DNA of 64,000 nucleotides. It comes from Psammoneis japonica. Taxonomy: Eukaryota. Positions 26,694 through 37,950 of this stretch are shown here, in pieces (the first letter of the stretch is position 1; every line of letters begins with the position of its first letter). The position numbers and the translations under genes are program-made. Location of the stretch: the NCBI GenBank assembly GCA_008632985.1, contig QPGO01000067.1:258142-322141 (forward strand), read 5' to 3'. The notes beneath the pieces were generated by a model. It did not search any database, was not told the DNA's origin, and was given only the letters and a program-made list of their open reading frames with translations.

Positions 26694-27177
26694 GCTTGTG
26701 GTCTCTATTGGAAGTTAGAAACAAGGTGGTGCCATTGCCTTCTTTAGACCATAAACGGAACTTTGTTGGAATACTCGTGATGAAAGACGAAAAAGGAGGA
26801 TGGACCAATTTTTCAGTTTTTGATCCAATTCCGTTGAGAGGAAAAACGGACACTTTCTGTTCAAACTATCAAACAGTCATAGCTCGTATATGTTTTTATT
26901 TAAATCTTTAAATTATCAAATCGATCTCGATAAATAAAATGATGGTCATTACGAGCTCCATGTGTAATAAAGAAATCCATGACGTGTACATACAGAAATA
27001 TTCGGCTTAATAATTGATGGTATAGGTGACGCAGGCTTCGTAGGTCTTACGTTGGATGATTCATACCAGGTCCTTTTTTAACGCCTGCTGGTTCACGCGC
27101 ATGCCGCGATCGAACGGTCGTGCAATGTGAAAAAAAAAACAAGAAGCGCCGACCAGTTCAGTCACCGCCATTGGCCC

Positions 27178-30100
27178 ATGGGAATTAGCGGTTCAAGCGG
27201 AACACACTACTACGAAGACATTGCATCGGTAGACGACAACATGATGTCACAAGAAAACGGCCATGGAGTACGGTATGAAGACGTTCCGTCCCAAGACTCG
27301 GAAGAAGACGAAGAAGAGGATGATTTCCAAGAAGAGTATTACAGCGACGATGACGAAGCACCACGCGCTAGTCCCAGGCGAAGACGACGTGCATCACCTG
27401 ATGAGGGTCGTAACTTTTTGCAGAATGCGTGGATCTTTATTTTTGTAGTAATGCTCTTGGTGGGTGGTGCGCTTATCGGATGGAGGCAAGAGTTGCACGC
27501 GTCTCACATTCCCAGGCCGCTCTTGGAGGATGATGACGATGACGACGGGTTTCGGCCTGCAAGTGCCGTTGCCATGGAGGGAGAGAGCAATCCCATGAGG
27601 AGTAGTTCCGTCAAGACGGTTCAGTATGACGCAACGGCTGGATTGCACTCGTACAATCCGTTTGATTTAAAGCAAGCGGATTGGTATGGATCGGTATTGA
27701 TGCCCCCTCCGCTTTCGTATGAATCTGATTCTGAAAAACAAGACGATTTGCCTCTTGGTTACTTGCGTGATCCCTCGGTTGTCAATGATACAATTGTGTT
27801 TGTATCCGAGGGTGACATGTACTTGACGAAATTGCTTCACGGTCAATCATCGTCGTTGCCAGCCATGAAACTCACAACCACGGTTGGGAACGTGCTGTCT
27901 CCAAAAATCAATCCAACGTATCCCTTTTGGATTGCCTACACGGCAACGTATACGGGACGACGAGAAGTGTATCTCTATGATTTGAGACCGTCGCACCGCC
28001 ATACACCCGCGATGCGTTTGACCTATTGGAATTCCGCAGCCGGTGTCAGTCACGTGGTGGGATGGAAAGACCATGGCAAGACGCTCGTCTTTTCGGCTTC
28101 CAGCAATGAAGTGGGCATGTCCGACACGAGGCTGTATCAAATTGGACTGGAACAAGAGGATATCAAAGTGGAGGATGCTCATGACGATAAGGGCCATGCT
28201 TCGTCGTTGCAAGCCTTTCAGATTGCACCCGTCCCGTTGTCTCAAGCAATTGAAGGTGTCTACGATGCGTCCAACACGTGTCTGTACTTTACAAGATTTC
28301 AGCAGTCGTCCAAAACCATTCGTTACGTGGGTGGCACGGTCGAATCGCTTTGGGCACACTGTCACAACATGCCACGTGCGGTTCCAATCACGACCGACTA
28401 CAAGGGCACTGACAAGAGTCCGCAGATTCTTACGCTCAAGGACAAGAAACAGTACCTACTCTTTCTCAGTGACCGAAATGACCACGGAGTACCCAGTACA
28501 ATGAATTTGTGGGCCATGCCGCTACCGACTCGAGAGGACCTTTACGATAACGAGGACGGACCGCGATTGGAAAAGCCGATTCGTCTCTCCCAAGTCTCGT
28601 GCGAGTTCAACGGCATGTCTCTTATGGAATACTCCTTGGATGTTGTCACCAACAATGTGGTCTTGAGGATTGGTGCGGATTTGCACATTTTGAAAGCAAA
28701 GAATATTGCAGAAATGCTAAATCACCGGCATCTGGCTAAAGACAGTAAGGAAAAAGAGGAATCAAAGCCAAAACATCATGGATCGATTCGTCGCCTCCCT
28801 ATCGTGGTTTATTCTGATTTCCACGAACACCAGGAACGCATTCTTCCCGTGGTGGTACCGATTGACTTGAACTCTGTGGATATCTACGAGACAACCTATG
28901 GTCAAACTTCTGCGTTGCTCAGCATTCGCGGACAAGTCTTTGTGACACCCGTGGTTCCTGATGTGACGTTGGCTACGCCATTTCAGGGTTCTGGAATGAA
29001 TTTGCCTCGTCGCAAGTACCGAGTCGCGCCCGGTTCCACCATGGGTGGCATGCTGCGCATTCTCACGGCGCTGCACGTTCCTCTTTGGCAGGAGCAGTCC
29101 AAGTCGACGCGTCGCTTGTCGCTCCTTTTGGCAACGGATCCCAATAGTGATACTGCGGAGCATGGATTCTATTTGGTCGAGACGCAGTCTGACAGTCCTC
29201 CTAGCTTTGTTGATGCTTCGGATCTTCCCGATCCCTTTGTCGGGGGACATGTCAATGGAGGCAGTGTCGCCAATGGCGGTCTGGGCAGTGTTCAACCGAA
29301 TAGCATGACGGTTAGTCCGTGTGGACGACGCCTGGCCTGGACCGACACGGATGGCAGAATCTGTGTCATGAACTTGCCTCTCTATCAAAATTCGACCAAT
29401 GGCAAATACGACTATGTTGTGTTGCCGCAACAGAATGAACTGGGAGAGCCAATGGTTGGAAACGAGGTTGAACTTTCGTGGAGTCCTGGAGGGACCTATC
29501 TGGCCATTACACATTCCGCAAAGAATCAATTTAATGTTGTAAGCATTGCAGATTGCGGAAGTCCAGAGCGAAACGGACCCTTGGAGGTTGCAGATGTCAA
29601 GCTTGGAAGGATCGTCCAGGCGACGCCCGATCGCTTTAATAGCGGTGATGTGTATTGGGGAAAGACCGTGCTTGATCATAGCCAAGCCAGTGTACCAGCA
29701 CTCAAGAAGCGTCTCTCGTTAAAGGGAAATGAGGAGTCTGACACGGGTGCAACGACACTCTACTTTTTGAGTGATCGCAACATTGGAACAGACGTTTCTT
29801 CTCCCTGGGGAACGCGTGCACCGAGTCCGCACTTTTCGGACAAGTACAATGTCTACGCCTTGCCACTGATGGAAACTGCCCATGATCCGTCATCGGGTAC
29901 ATTTTCCGGTGGAGGCGCCGCCGAGTTGTGGGCTGATGGAATCATTGAGCTCAAGAATCAAATGGAGGAAATGCTGAAATCGGTAGAGCAAGTGGCGAAA
30001 AAGGAAGATTTGAAGAGATATCTGACAAGTAGCGCAACACCCTCGCTTACTTCTTACATGGCAAGGCAGGAGGTGGAGAAACGAATGATGGAAGAAGGCA

Positions 30101-31974
30101 CGTTGCCCACCTCTCAGGTTGCACCAACAGCTGTACCCTCCGCAACGCCATCTGCTGTTCCTGCTGCAGAGAAGTCGCCGTTTCCTCAAGACAATGCTAT
30201 TGATTTTGGTTCTGACGGAATGTACTTTGCTAGGCGCGCCTACCGAGTCGCCCACATTCCGCAAGGAAACTACCGTACCATTGTTTGTCAGTTACAGGAC
30301 AGTGCTAGCTTTGTGTTACTGGAGCAAACACCAGACAAGCAGAGTGTCCTCAAGATTGTTATCATGGACGACTATCCATCGGATGACGCAAAAGTCGTTC
30401 CTTTCGAGGTACCCGGCAGGAAACTTTTGGGTCTTGGACTGAGTACCACCAGGGATCACCTTTATGTAATCTTTGGCACAGACATGAAGGTCGTCAAGAA
30501 CTCTGCGGCTGGAATCCTGGGGCTCATGGGAGACAACGAGTACACCAAGAACATTGTCGATACCAGCGATCTGGCTTTGCATGTTTGGCCATCACTCGAG
30601 TATCGTCAAATGTACAGCGACGCTTGGAGGATGCTGCGAGACTATTACTACGATCCGGGAATGGCTGGTGTCGATTGGCCTGAAATTCACTCTCGCTATG
30701 CCCAGTTGGTTAAACGATGTGTCAAGAGAGAAGATTTGGATGATGTAATGAGCCAAATGGCTTCTGAAGTTAGCTCCTTACACGTCTTTGTGTACGGCGG
30801 GGAATACCGCTCCCCTTTGCACGGTTCCCCGTTGCTCATGAGTTCGAATCAAGTTGCTACTCTTGGCGCGACGTTTGAACGTTCAGCGGAGTGGAATGGC
30901 TATGTTGTTACCTCTATCCCAGAGCGTGATCCCGATTTCAATCTGGTCGAGCAAAAAGCCATCTTCAGTCCGCTAAGTGAACAGCTGCTGCGACTGAGCG
31001 GCCAACGAGGGTTGCAAGTTGGTGACGTGATTGTTGGTGTGAATGGTGAGAGCGTTATGCGAGTGCCTGATATTCACATGCTTCTTCGAGGCATGGTAGG
31101 AAGCAGCGTTCGGCTAGACGTCCTTCGACTAGCATCCAACAGTACCGATAACAACCGCCGTCTTGACGACGAGGAAGAAGGCAAAGAAAATGTTACGCTC
31201 GAACCGGAACCCGTTATCACAGTCCCCATCTCTGCCGATGATGCAGATGTCCTTCGCTATGGCGCGTGGGAATGGAAGACTCGTGAGCATGCCAAGGAGC
31301 TTGCCAAGGACAAGGGCTTTTCAGTTGGATATGTCCACCTCCAAGCAATGGGAACCACGGATGAGGACGCCTTTGCTCGTGGCTTTTATCCAGACTACGA
31401 TAAAGATGCCTTCATTGTCGATGTTCGTCACAACCACGGTGGCAACATTGACAGTTGGCTTTTGGACTCGCTACAGAGAAAGGCATGGATGTATTGGCAG
31501 TCGAGAACCAAAAATATTACAACGGGCGGCTTGGGTTGGGACGAGCAGTTTGCCTTTCGTGGGCATTTGGTTGTGCTCATTGACGAAAAGACCTCGAGCG
31601 ACGGCGAAGGCTTCTCTCGTGGTGTATCTGAGCTCGGTCTCGGTAAGCTGATTGGAACGAGAACATGGGGTGGTGGCATATGGCTGTCGTCAGACAACCA
31701 CTTAGTGGATGGTGGAATTGCGACCGCGCCAGAGGTCGGCACGTACAACGACAACTTTGGTTGGGGATTAGGCATTGAGCAGATGGGGGTGGAGCCTGAC
31801 ATTGTGGTTGACAACAATCCCAGGGAGTCATATGATGGAAGAGACCTACAGCTAGAGCACGCGATTGAGTTCCTTGCCCAATGGCTCAAGGAGGAGCCAA
31901 TAGCTTTCCCCGAGAACCCCGGGCCAAAGAAGGACGTATCGCTCTCATCAGAAGCCAGCGAATGTTCGAACTAA
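27178..31974 (+). CDS. Tricorn protease-like S41 peptidase with N-terminal transmembrane anchor
   Basis: Intronless ORF of about 1600 aa; propeller-like repeats (SPCGRRLAWTD, WSPGGTYLA), AWRMLRDYYYDPGMAGVDW, SSLH, PDZ-like GLQVGDVIVGVNG, GYVHL, DVRHNHGGN, TSSDGE, IGTRTWGG, GVEPDIVV. Confidence 0.92.
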   Translation: MGISGSSGTHYYEDIASVDDNMMSQENGHGVRYEDVPSQDSEEDEEEDDFQEEYYSDDDEAPRASPRRRRRASPDEGRNFLQNAWIFIFVVMLLVGGALIGWRQELHASHIPRPLLEDDDDDDGFRPASAVAMEGESNPMRSSSVKTVQYDATAGLHSYNPFDLKQADWYGSVLMPPPLSYESDSEKQDDLPLGYLRDPSVVNDTIVFVSEGDMYLTKLLHGQSSSLPAMKLTTTVGNVLSPKINPTYPFWIAYTATYTGRREVYLYDLRPSHRHTPAMRLTYWNSAAGVSHVVGWKDHGKTLVFSASSNEVGMSDTRLYQIGLEQEDIKVEDAHDDKGHASSLQAFQIAPVPLSQAIEGVYDASNTCLYFTRFQQSSKTIRYVGGTVESLWAHCHNMPRAVPITTDYKGTDKSPQILTLKDKKQYLLFLSDRNDHGVPSTMNLWAMPLPTREDLYDNEDGPRLEKPIRLSQVSCEFNGMSLMEYSLDVVTNNVVLRIGADLHILKAKNIAEMLNHRHLAKDSKEKEESKPKHHGSIRRLPIVVYSDFHEHQERILPVVVPIDLNSVDIYETTYGQTSALLSIRGQVFVTPVVPDVTLATPFQGSGMNLPRRKYRVAPGSTMGGMLRILTALHVPLWQEQSKSTRRLSLLLATDPNSDTAEHGFYLVETQSDSPPSFVDASDLPDPFVGGHVNGGSVANGGLGSVQPNSMTVSPCGRRLAWTDTDGRICVMNLPLYQNSTNGKYDYVVLPQQNELGEPMVGNEVELSWSPGGTYLAITHSAKNQFNVVSIADCGSPERNGPLEVADVKLGRIVQATPDRFNSGDVYWGKTVLDHSQASVPALKKRLSLKGNEESDTGATTLYFLSDRNIGTDVSSPWGTRAPSPHFSDKYNVYALPLMETAHDPSSGTFSGGGAAELWADGIIELKNQMEEMLKSVEQVAKKEDLKRYLTSSATPSLTSYMARQEVEKRMMEEGTLPTSQVAPTAVPSATPSAVPAAEKSPFPQDNAIDFGSDGMYFARRAYRVAHIPQGNYRTIVCQLQDSASFVLLEQTPDKQSVLKIVIMDDYPSDDAKVVPFEVPGRKLLGLGLSTTRDHLYVIFGTDMKVVKNSAAGILGLMGDNEYTKNIVDTSDLALHVWPSLEYRQMYSDAWRMLRDYYYDPGMAGVDWPEIHSRYAQLVKRCVKREDLDDVMSQMASEVSSLHVFVYGGEYRSPLHGSPLLMSSNQVATLGATFERSAEWNGYVVTSIPERDPDFNLVEQKAIFSPLSEQLLRLSGQRGLQVGDVIVGVNGESVMRVPDIHMLLRGMVGSSVRLDVLRLASNSTDNNRRLDDEEEGKENVTLEPEPVITVPISADDADVLRYGAWEWKTREHAKELAKDKGFSVGYVHLQAMGTTDEDAFARGFYPDYDKDAFIVDVRHNHGGNIDSWLLDSLQRKAWMYWQSRTKNITTGGLGWDEQFAFRGHLVVLIDEKTSSDGEGFSRGVSELGLGKLIGTRTWGGGIWLSSDNHLVDGGIATAPEVGTYNDNFGWGLGIEQMGVEPDIVVDNNPRESYDGRDLQLEHAIEFLAQWLKEEPIAFPENPGPKKDVSLSSEASECSN

Positions 31975-32113
31975 CGTCTCAACAAATTAATAGTGTTTGA
32001 GCTTCGATTGAACTTTTTACACCATGCATTACTATGCAAGCCTTCTTATCAGCTGTTTACGACCCATTATTTACGACAGCAATTCCCTTGTCACGGTCTG
32101 CTGGTCTGCTATT

Positions 32114-32999
32114 TCATGAGTTATTGTTTGCACCCGAGTCGGGGCCGAGTAAAGACATGATACTGTTCATTTGATCCTGCAATTCTCGAATTTGGTTCAT
32201 AGCAGTGCTCCTCATGGATTGATCAAGATATTGTATCGTGCTCCGGTCGGCAATGTTAATGACGCGTCCTTCTCCTACATTAATGTCGATAGCAACCGGT
32301 GGTGCCTTTCCTCGGCGTTTCTTCGTCACGGTAGCAACCAACGCTCCCTCTTCGACTTGTTCCACTGGCGACCCATTTGCAGAGCTGGAATATATACCAG
32401 TGATGGAAAGGAGCAAACGCATAATGAGTAAACATGCAAAGGCTTTTTCACTTGAGGAAGTGACGGTTGTGACTTTTGCTTGTCTTGACTTACACGAGCT
32501 TCTCTCCGCGACGTACGGTACGAACACTGCCAGGTGCCGGTTGCCCTTTCGACGGGGCCGGAGTCTCCAAGCCCATATTGTTGTTTCGCTTCTTCTTTCC
32601 GGCGTCACCCCCCTTATTCTTCATTACATTCTTCATGATTTGAATCAAGTCGCAATCGTATTTCTGATTGAATTCCCGGATGGTCATCTTTTTGGTCTTT
32701 CCCGTCAGCTTCATCATTCCAGTAAAGAGTAGATCATGCACCTCTTGCTTGGCGGTTGCGGTATCAGCCGTAATGATTTCTTGCTGCTGTTTCAAATGAG
32801 TATCAATGTCATCAAAGAGCAAACGAACATGTGTCGGATTGCTGATATCCAAATCGTTCTTGATGAACTTTTCGATACCCTTGGCCGTCGTGTGCTTGGC
32901 TGACGCTACGTTGTCAACGTTTTCCTCGTCTAACACACCCATGACTTGGCGTTTCGTTGCAGCCACACGCCTCTCACTTCGTCGGGCGGCAGTGGTCAT
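32114..32999 (-). CDS. Borealin-like chromosomal passenger subunit, 1 intron
   Basis: N-terminal helical region ending MKLTGKTKKMTIREF; GT-AG splicing gives RRGEKLV|SANGSPV, similar to the conserved Borealin S.NGSP motif. Confidence 0.55.
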
Positions 33000-33072
33000 G
33001 GCGAAATTCAACAAGAAAGAGTTGATGTGTTGTTGTTTTGTTGACGAAGTTTTTGTTGTCCGGGCCCCAACC

Positions 33073-33128
33073 GCCAACGGTCACTCGGCGCAACTCTAAG
33101 TTTGAATTTTCGCGCGTCACGCGCGTCA
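33073..33128. promoter_or_regulatory. Candidate cell-cycle promoter elements (MSA-like, CHR-like, E2F-like)
   Basis: GCCAACGGTCA at 33073, TTTGAA at 33101, TTTCGCGC at 33108 and doubled cgcgcgtca, 75-130 bp upstream of the Borealin-like ATG. Confidence 0.45.
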
Positions 33129-33348
33129 AATGATTAACTCGGTACATGAGGAAAATTAGGCTACACTATGTCATACGCCCCTCTGAATAAAATTATGCTC
33201 ATACCATAATAAATGATCTTCCTAATAAACGGCAAAATAACATCATCCGTACCGTAGAATGTTTTAGCAAGTCTAGCGATCGAGTCGAAACTTCGATCGC
33301 CACTGTCCCACATTTTCCGTGCATTTTTGGGCATGTTTCAGAACGACG

Positions 33349-34803
33349 ATGGTGAATCTGTTGACTACTACCGATGAATCATGGTGGATTTATCGCATAC
33401 TATTTATTCAGCTCCTGTTTCTTTTCCTACTTCTGATTGTTTCGAACGTGCTTGGATTGAAATCCTATGAAACCAAGATTCTTGCCATTACCTTGTGCCT
33501 CACTTCATACACATTTTTTGCAACTGTGAGGAGGAGGAAACTTATTGATCCAAAAAGAAAAAAAGTGCGGTTCCGTCTCATCGGGCCTTTGGCTTTGTTG
33601 CTCCTGCTGATTTCGTATCACTCTCTTACTCGAAATCAGACTATCACATCAGCTACCAAGACTCTTATGGAGTTAGCCGCGGTCTTAAGGTCCGTCGCCA
33701 AATCCAAATCCATTCCTTCAGTTGTAAGTCAGCCATTTGAAGAAATCTGGAAAGAGCCTCAATCTTCTCAACAACTGTTTGAAGGTGATACTAAGATCAT
33801 GTGGGCCTATTGGGATTCTGGTTTCGAGGGAATGCCGCCCATCTGCCAGCGTGCAATTCGTTCATGGGAAATCCACAACTCAAAGTGGCGTGTGATTATC
33901 CTGAACGACACAAACTATCGAGAATACGTATCAGTGAGAGATCTGCCATCGACGTATTATAGTTTGAAAGTTCAGCATCGTAGTGACTTCCTCAGATTGG
34001 CCGTGCTACTGCGATACGGTGGCATCTACATGGACGCATCGACGTTTGTCGTGAAATGCTTTGACGATATTTGGGATCGAGTGGACAATGACAAATTGAT
34101 GGTCACGTCCCTAAATACATTATCCGAATCCAATCTTGATCTATTCAACAATGGACTTCTCATGACCAAAGGAACGAACAATGAGGTACTTAGACTGTGG
34201 CAACAACGCATGCTAGAATACTCGGAAAATCCCAACTTGACTCTGAAAGACATGGCACAGAATCCTGAATTTGCCCGTGTTGCGCCGCATTGGAACGCTG
34301 AATCTCTGGGAATACTAGCCCAAATGGTCCCATACCACTCAAACCTTTGGATATTCAACGATTTGATCTGGAATAACCAAGATATAGCCGACAAAGTGCT
34401 AAGTCTTTCACGAACTCGGTGGGGTTTCTGGTTTCATTCCTTACACCACTTGACAAGAGAGACCCGAAGTCCCCAGAACGTTGCGAATACCAATCATACC
34501 GCAGATGCTACGACCGATCCAGCCACGGTAACCTGGAAGCCATTAGGACTCTTCAAAGTCGCCATCGATCTATTGCGTGTCGCGTTGAACGAGGACGTGG
34601 ATCTGGCCAACCATGTCATGCAGAACACAAACGTTCTAAAATTTTCATCCCACGATATACGGATCGTTGACATATTTTTTCAAAACTTTGGACTTGACAA
34701 TACCTTGGGATACTTGTATCGAGCCGCCACCAATATGACTCTGTTTCCACTGCAACAAGCGAATCTGGCCGGAGCAGTCCGACCAGTCAGTGTAGGGCCA
34801 TAG
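33349..34803 (+). CDS. Capsular-polysaccharide-synthesis/GT32-like glycosyltransferase with N-terminal TM segments
   Basis: IMWAYWDSG, PPICQRAIRSW, HRSDFLRLAVLLRYGGIYMDAS motifs. Confidence 0.85.
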   Translation: MVNLLTTTDESWWIYRILFIQLLFLFLLLIVSNVLGLKSYETKILAITLCLTSYTFFATVRRRKLIDPKRKKVRFRLIGPLALLLLLISYHSLTRNQTITSATKTLMELAAVLRSVAKSKSIPSVVSQPFEEIWKEPQSSQQLFEGDTKIMWAYWDSGFEGMPPICQRAIRSWEIHNSKWRVIILNDTNYREYVSVRDLPSTYYSLKVQHRSDFLRLAVLLRYGGIYMDASTFVVKCFDDIWDRVDNDKLMVTSLNTLSESNLDLFNNGLLMTKGTNNEVLRLWQQRMLEYSENPNLTLKDMAQNPEFARVAPHWNAESLGILAQMVPYHSNLWIFNDLIWNNQDIADKVLSLSRTRWGFWFHSLHHLTRETRSPQNVANTNHTADATTDPATVTWKPLGLFKVAIDLLRVALNEDVDLANHVMQNTNVLKFSSHDIRIVDIFFQNFGLDNTLGYLYRAATNMTLFPLQQANLAGAVRPVSVGP

Positions 34804-35583
34804 GCGACTTGTAGAAGGCAAAAAAGTAGAGGAGCACCAGAGCCCCTCTGCCTTGCTCTAACTGTCATTTCTCCTTTGATTTCTCCTAATAAAGCCCCTG
34901 TTAGCTGCTTACACAACAAACAGAAAACAAGAAGAATGACTGGACATAAATTGTAGTCTTTTTTTTTAGCCTTGTCTTTTTAGCGGCGCTGGCTCTCTAG
35001 GCCTAGAGTAGAGATCTTCAGCGTTCTATCTATCATCTCTCTAGAGAGAGAGGAGCTATGAGTAGAGCTACAGTACCAGGTAGCTACTAGTACTTCTACT
35101 TTACCGGTAGGGCCCTAGCTACTCTATCTTGACGATCGACGACTCCTCATCGCAGACAGGCCGCAGAACACATTTTGTTTCAGACATGGTCGCATGTGCT
35201 GTTTCACCGCGGGCGGCGCCGCGCCGCGCCGCACGAAAACGCCCGCGCTTTGGGCTCACATCACACATCACATCTCAAAGCGATGCACATGGCGGAAGGT
35301 TGACTTTTGACCAACACGCGGCTCCCCACCACTGCACTCCAACACCCCAGCTTCATCGTTGTCATTGTGTGTCTAGATAGGTAAGATATGATGGAGAGGG
35401 TACTGTAACGAGAAACAAAGACATTGTCCATGGAAGCTTCCATCACTCTTTCGATCGCCACGGAACTACGGTGTAGCGGCTTCGCTCTTCCACGTGTGAT
35501 TAATCGGCGACTCTCACATTAAAACTCGAACTGTACCCCGCGATATACTTATAGGTCATTCTCGAAACATACTATAGTTCATC

Positions 35584-37347
35584 ATGGTGGAAACACGTAA
35601 CCGCAAGCGCACCCGAACTCAAGACGAAGAATATCACGAGCCTTCCGATAGCAATGCTCTCGTGGAACACGCAGAAGAAGCATTGGAAGAGGCCAAGCAA
35701 GTCCGCGCTCGCAAGAACAAGCAACGACGTAAAGAGTCATTTGCTCGCAATCACCCTCCGTTGGATATGCTGGATGATTTAGTGTTGGAAAGGATCTTCC
35801 TCTACCTCGACTCTCCGCGCGACGTCCAGTCGCTTGCGTTTTGCGCCAAGTACTTGCGAGCCTGTCTCACGCCCGAGATTATCATTCGATCGGCTGTATT
35901 CGCGGGGGGCACCTCCCGTAAAGCCATTGGCTCCATTATTCACTCCGTCAAGAACGAGTCGATTCACATTCCTTCGACTCCTCGACTGCTTCGATTGGTG
36001 AATGCTACGAAATGTGAGAGAGGTGACCAGTGTTTTGCGTACAACCACACGACAAACAAGTCAAAGCGTATTGCCAACTCTGGATTACGACCATTTGGTC
36101 TTGCTCTTTGTGCTGATTGCATCGTGAACACTTCTCATGCGGTAACCAGGAGGGAGTACGATCTCCACAAACGTCTCGACACCGACGGTCAAACCTGGCG
36201 TTTGCTAACCGACCACTACGTGGAGGCGGTCACTGGTGATAAAGCCGGATCAATCATTTCGGAGCTTCAAGTGAAACAAGCTCAAGCCACATATCCTCGT
36301 GACCAAGTCGAACAAGCGCTCAACGAGATTTGTGAGTCAGTTGACGAGGCGGCAGACGAAGAAGCTGTCGAGCGAGGAAAGACGCTCGTCTCCATCTTTG
36401 ACAATGCGGAAAGCAAGTATGACGCCTTCCAGAATGCCAAGGCGGAGGTGCGAAGACGAAGGTACCAGGAGAAAGAAAAGCTACGAGCCGAGAAGCGACG
36501 GGCCAGTGCAGAGTCCATTTACCACAGGCTCGAATTGCTCGTGAAAGGACATGACCACGAAGAACTGATTCTTGATTGCAGCTGGACACGCGAAGGGTAT
36601 TGCCACTTCACTAATGGTGTCGTTGACAGCGAATTGGGAAATTTGCTACGGGCTCCCAGCACAATGACCATCAAGAAGCTCACAGCGTCGGTGGAGCGTG
36701 CGAAGGACGCCGTGGACTTGCTTGCTTCTAATGGGTTTTTGCACGGTCCCAATTTCCTCTCCTTTCTTTCAGGTTCAAGGCACGACTACGAACAAGTGCT
36801 GTATCGTTTCTGTCGTGCAAAGTACGGAGAAGACAACCCTTTGCTCATGAACCGTCTATACTTTCCAGGCAAATTTAGCGATGCGATGGAACGCCTGAGG
36901 GAAGGCAAGCCACTTGAGTTTTTGATTCACATCCTGGGGACATCCGGTCTTGGTGAAGCTTTCGCAACAAGTGTGCGTGGTACTGAACTTCTACCTCAAG
37001 ATAAGCTGAGGACTGTTGCAAAGGTCGTATGGGTCCGCAATGTTCGTGTTTTGGCGGATGTAAATACAGAAACTAAGTACCGCGGAATGTTTCGGGAATG
37101 CAAGGAAGAGTACGAGACGCTTCGTTTGAACATCAAGGACTATTTTGAGGATCCTGCAACAGTTGAGTTCCTCAATGGCATTGATGGTGATCGTCACGAC
37201 CAACGGCTCAGACGAAATGTGCTGAACAAGGTGTTCTTTCTTCGCACTGATACCTTAGCATATCTGCAATCTCGCAACTTTGTCGGCTTGCGAAACCTTC
37301 ATCGTCGCCAGTATCATCGTGGCGAAATTCCAGGGTTATTATGGTAA
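35584..37347 (+). CDS. Hypothetical protein with F-box-like motif
   Basis: 587 aa ORF; LDMLDDLVLERIFLYLDSPRDVQSLAFCAKYLR; central coiled-coil-like stretch. Confidence 0.7.
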   Translation: MVETRNRKRTRTQDEEYHEPSDSNALVEHAEEALEEAKQVRARKNKQRRKESFARNHPPLDMLDDLVLERIFLYLDSPRDVQSLAFCAKYLRACLTPEIIIRSAVFAGGTSRKAIGSIIHSVKNESIHIPSTPRLLRLVNATKCERGDQCFAYNHTTNKSKRIANSGLRPFGLALCADCIVNTSHAVTRREYDLHKRLDTDGQTWRLLTDHYVEAVTGDKAGSIISELQVKQAQATYPRDQVEQALNEICESVDEAADEEAVERGKTLVSIFDNAESKYDAFQNAKAEVRRRRYQEKEKLRAEKRRASAESIYHRLELLVKGHDHEELILDCSWTREGYCHFTNGVVDSELGNLLRAPSTMTIKKLTASVERAKDAVDLLASNGFLHGPNFLSFLSGSRHDYEQVLYRFCRAKYGEDNPLLMNRLYFPGKFSDAMERLREGKPLEFLIHILGTSGLGEAFATSVRGTELLPQDKLRTVAKVVWVRNVRVLADVNTETKYRGMFRECKEEYETLRLNIKDYFEDPATVEFLNGIDGDRHDQRLRRNVLNKVFFLRTDTLAYLQSRNFVGLRNLHRRQYHRGEIPGLLW

Positions 37348-37950
37348 AGTCAGAGAGCCTCACGACGTCATACTGATGCTGCAGTCGATGTCGACTGAAG
37401 TTCATCTCCATGCCATTGCAGTCTACGCGAAAGCATTGGAGTGAACTGTTCTACCGCTGCAGTCTTTTCGTGAGATACAATTAATAGCGCAGCTTGCGAT
37501 TTGTTTCGCTGTTTAGCTCGTTTGTACCATCTACTATTTATTTCAAGCCACAACGCCGGTGACTTGTCGTCGCAAGGCTGTTCATCAGAGTGATTTATTC
37601 AAAAAGTATAAATTATAATCTGTCAACATTACCATCGTCGTAAAGATCGTGCACAATAGGGCGAAAACCACAGGTGCATTCCGCTATGTCTTTAGTCTCG
37701 TTCTTAATATTTTAGAATGTAAGTTCAAACCGATGGGGCCAGACTTTTGCTGGCGAACTGAATCTCTGTCCAAACTAAAAAGGAAGTTGAGGATTTTATG
37801 TGTTGCCTCTTTTCCTCTGCTTTATGGGCCGACGGCGATCACGGTTTCTACACCTCACGATTGCAGTACCCTCGCCCCTTTCATGCATTAGCATTCACAA
37901 TTATAGTTCAATTTCAGTGGCTTACCTTCTCAAGAGAAAGAAAACGAAGT

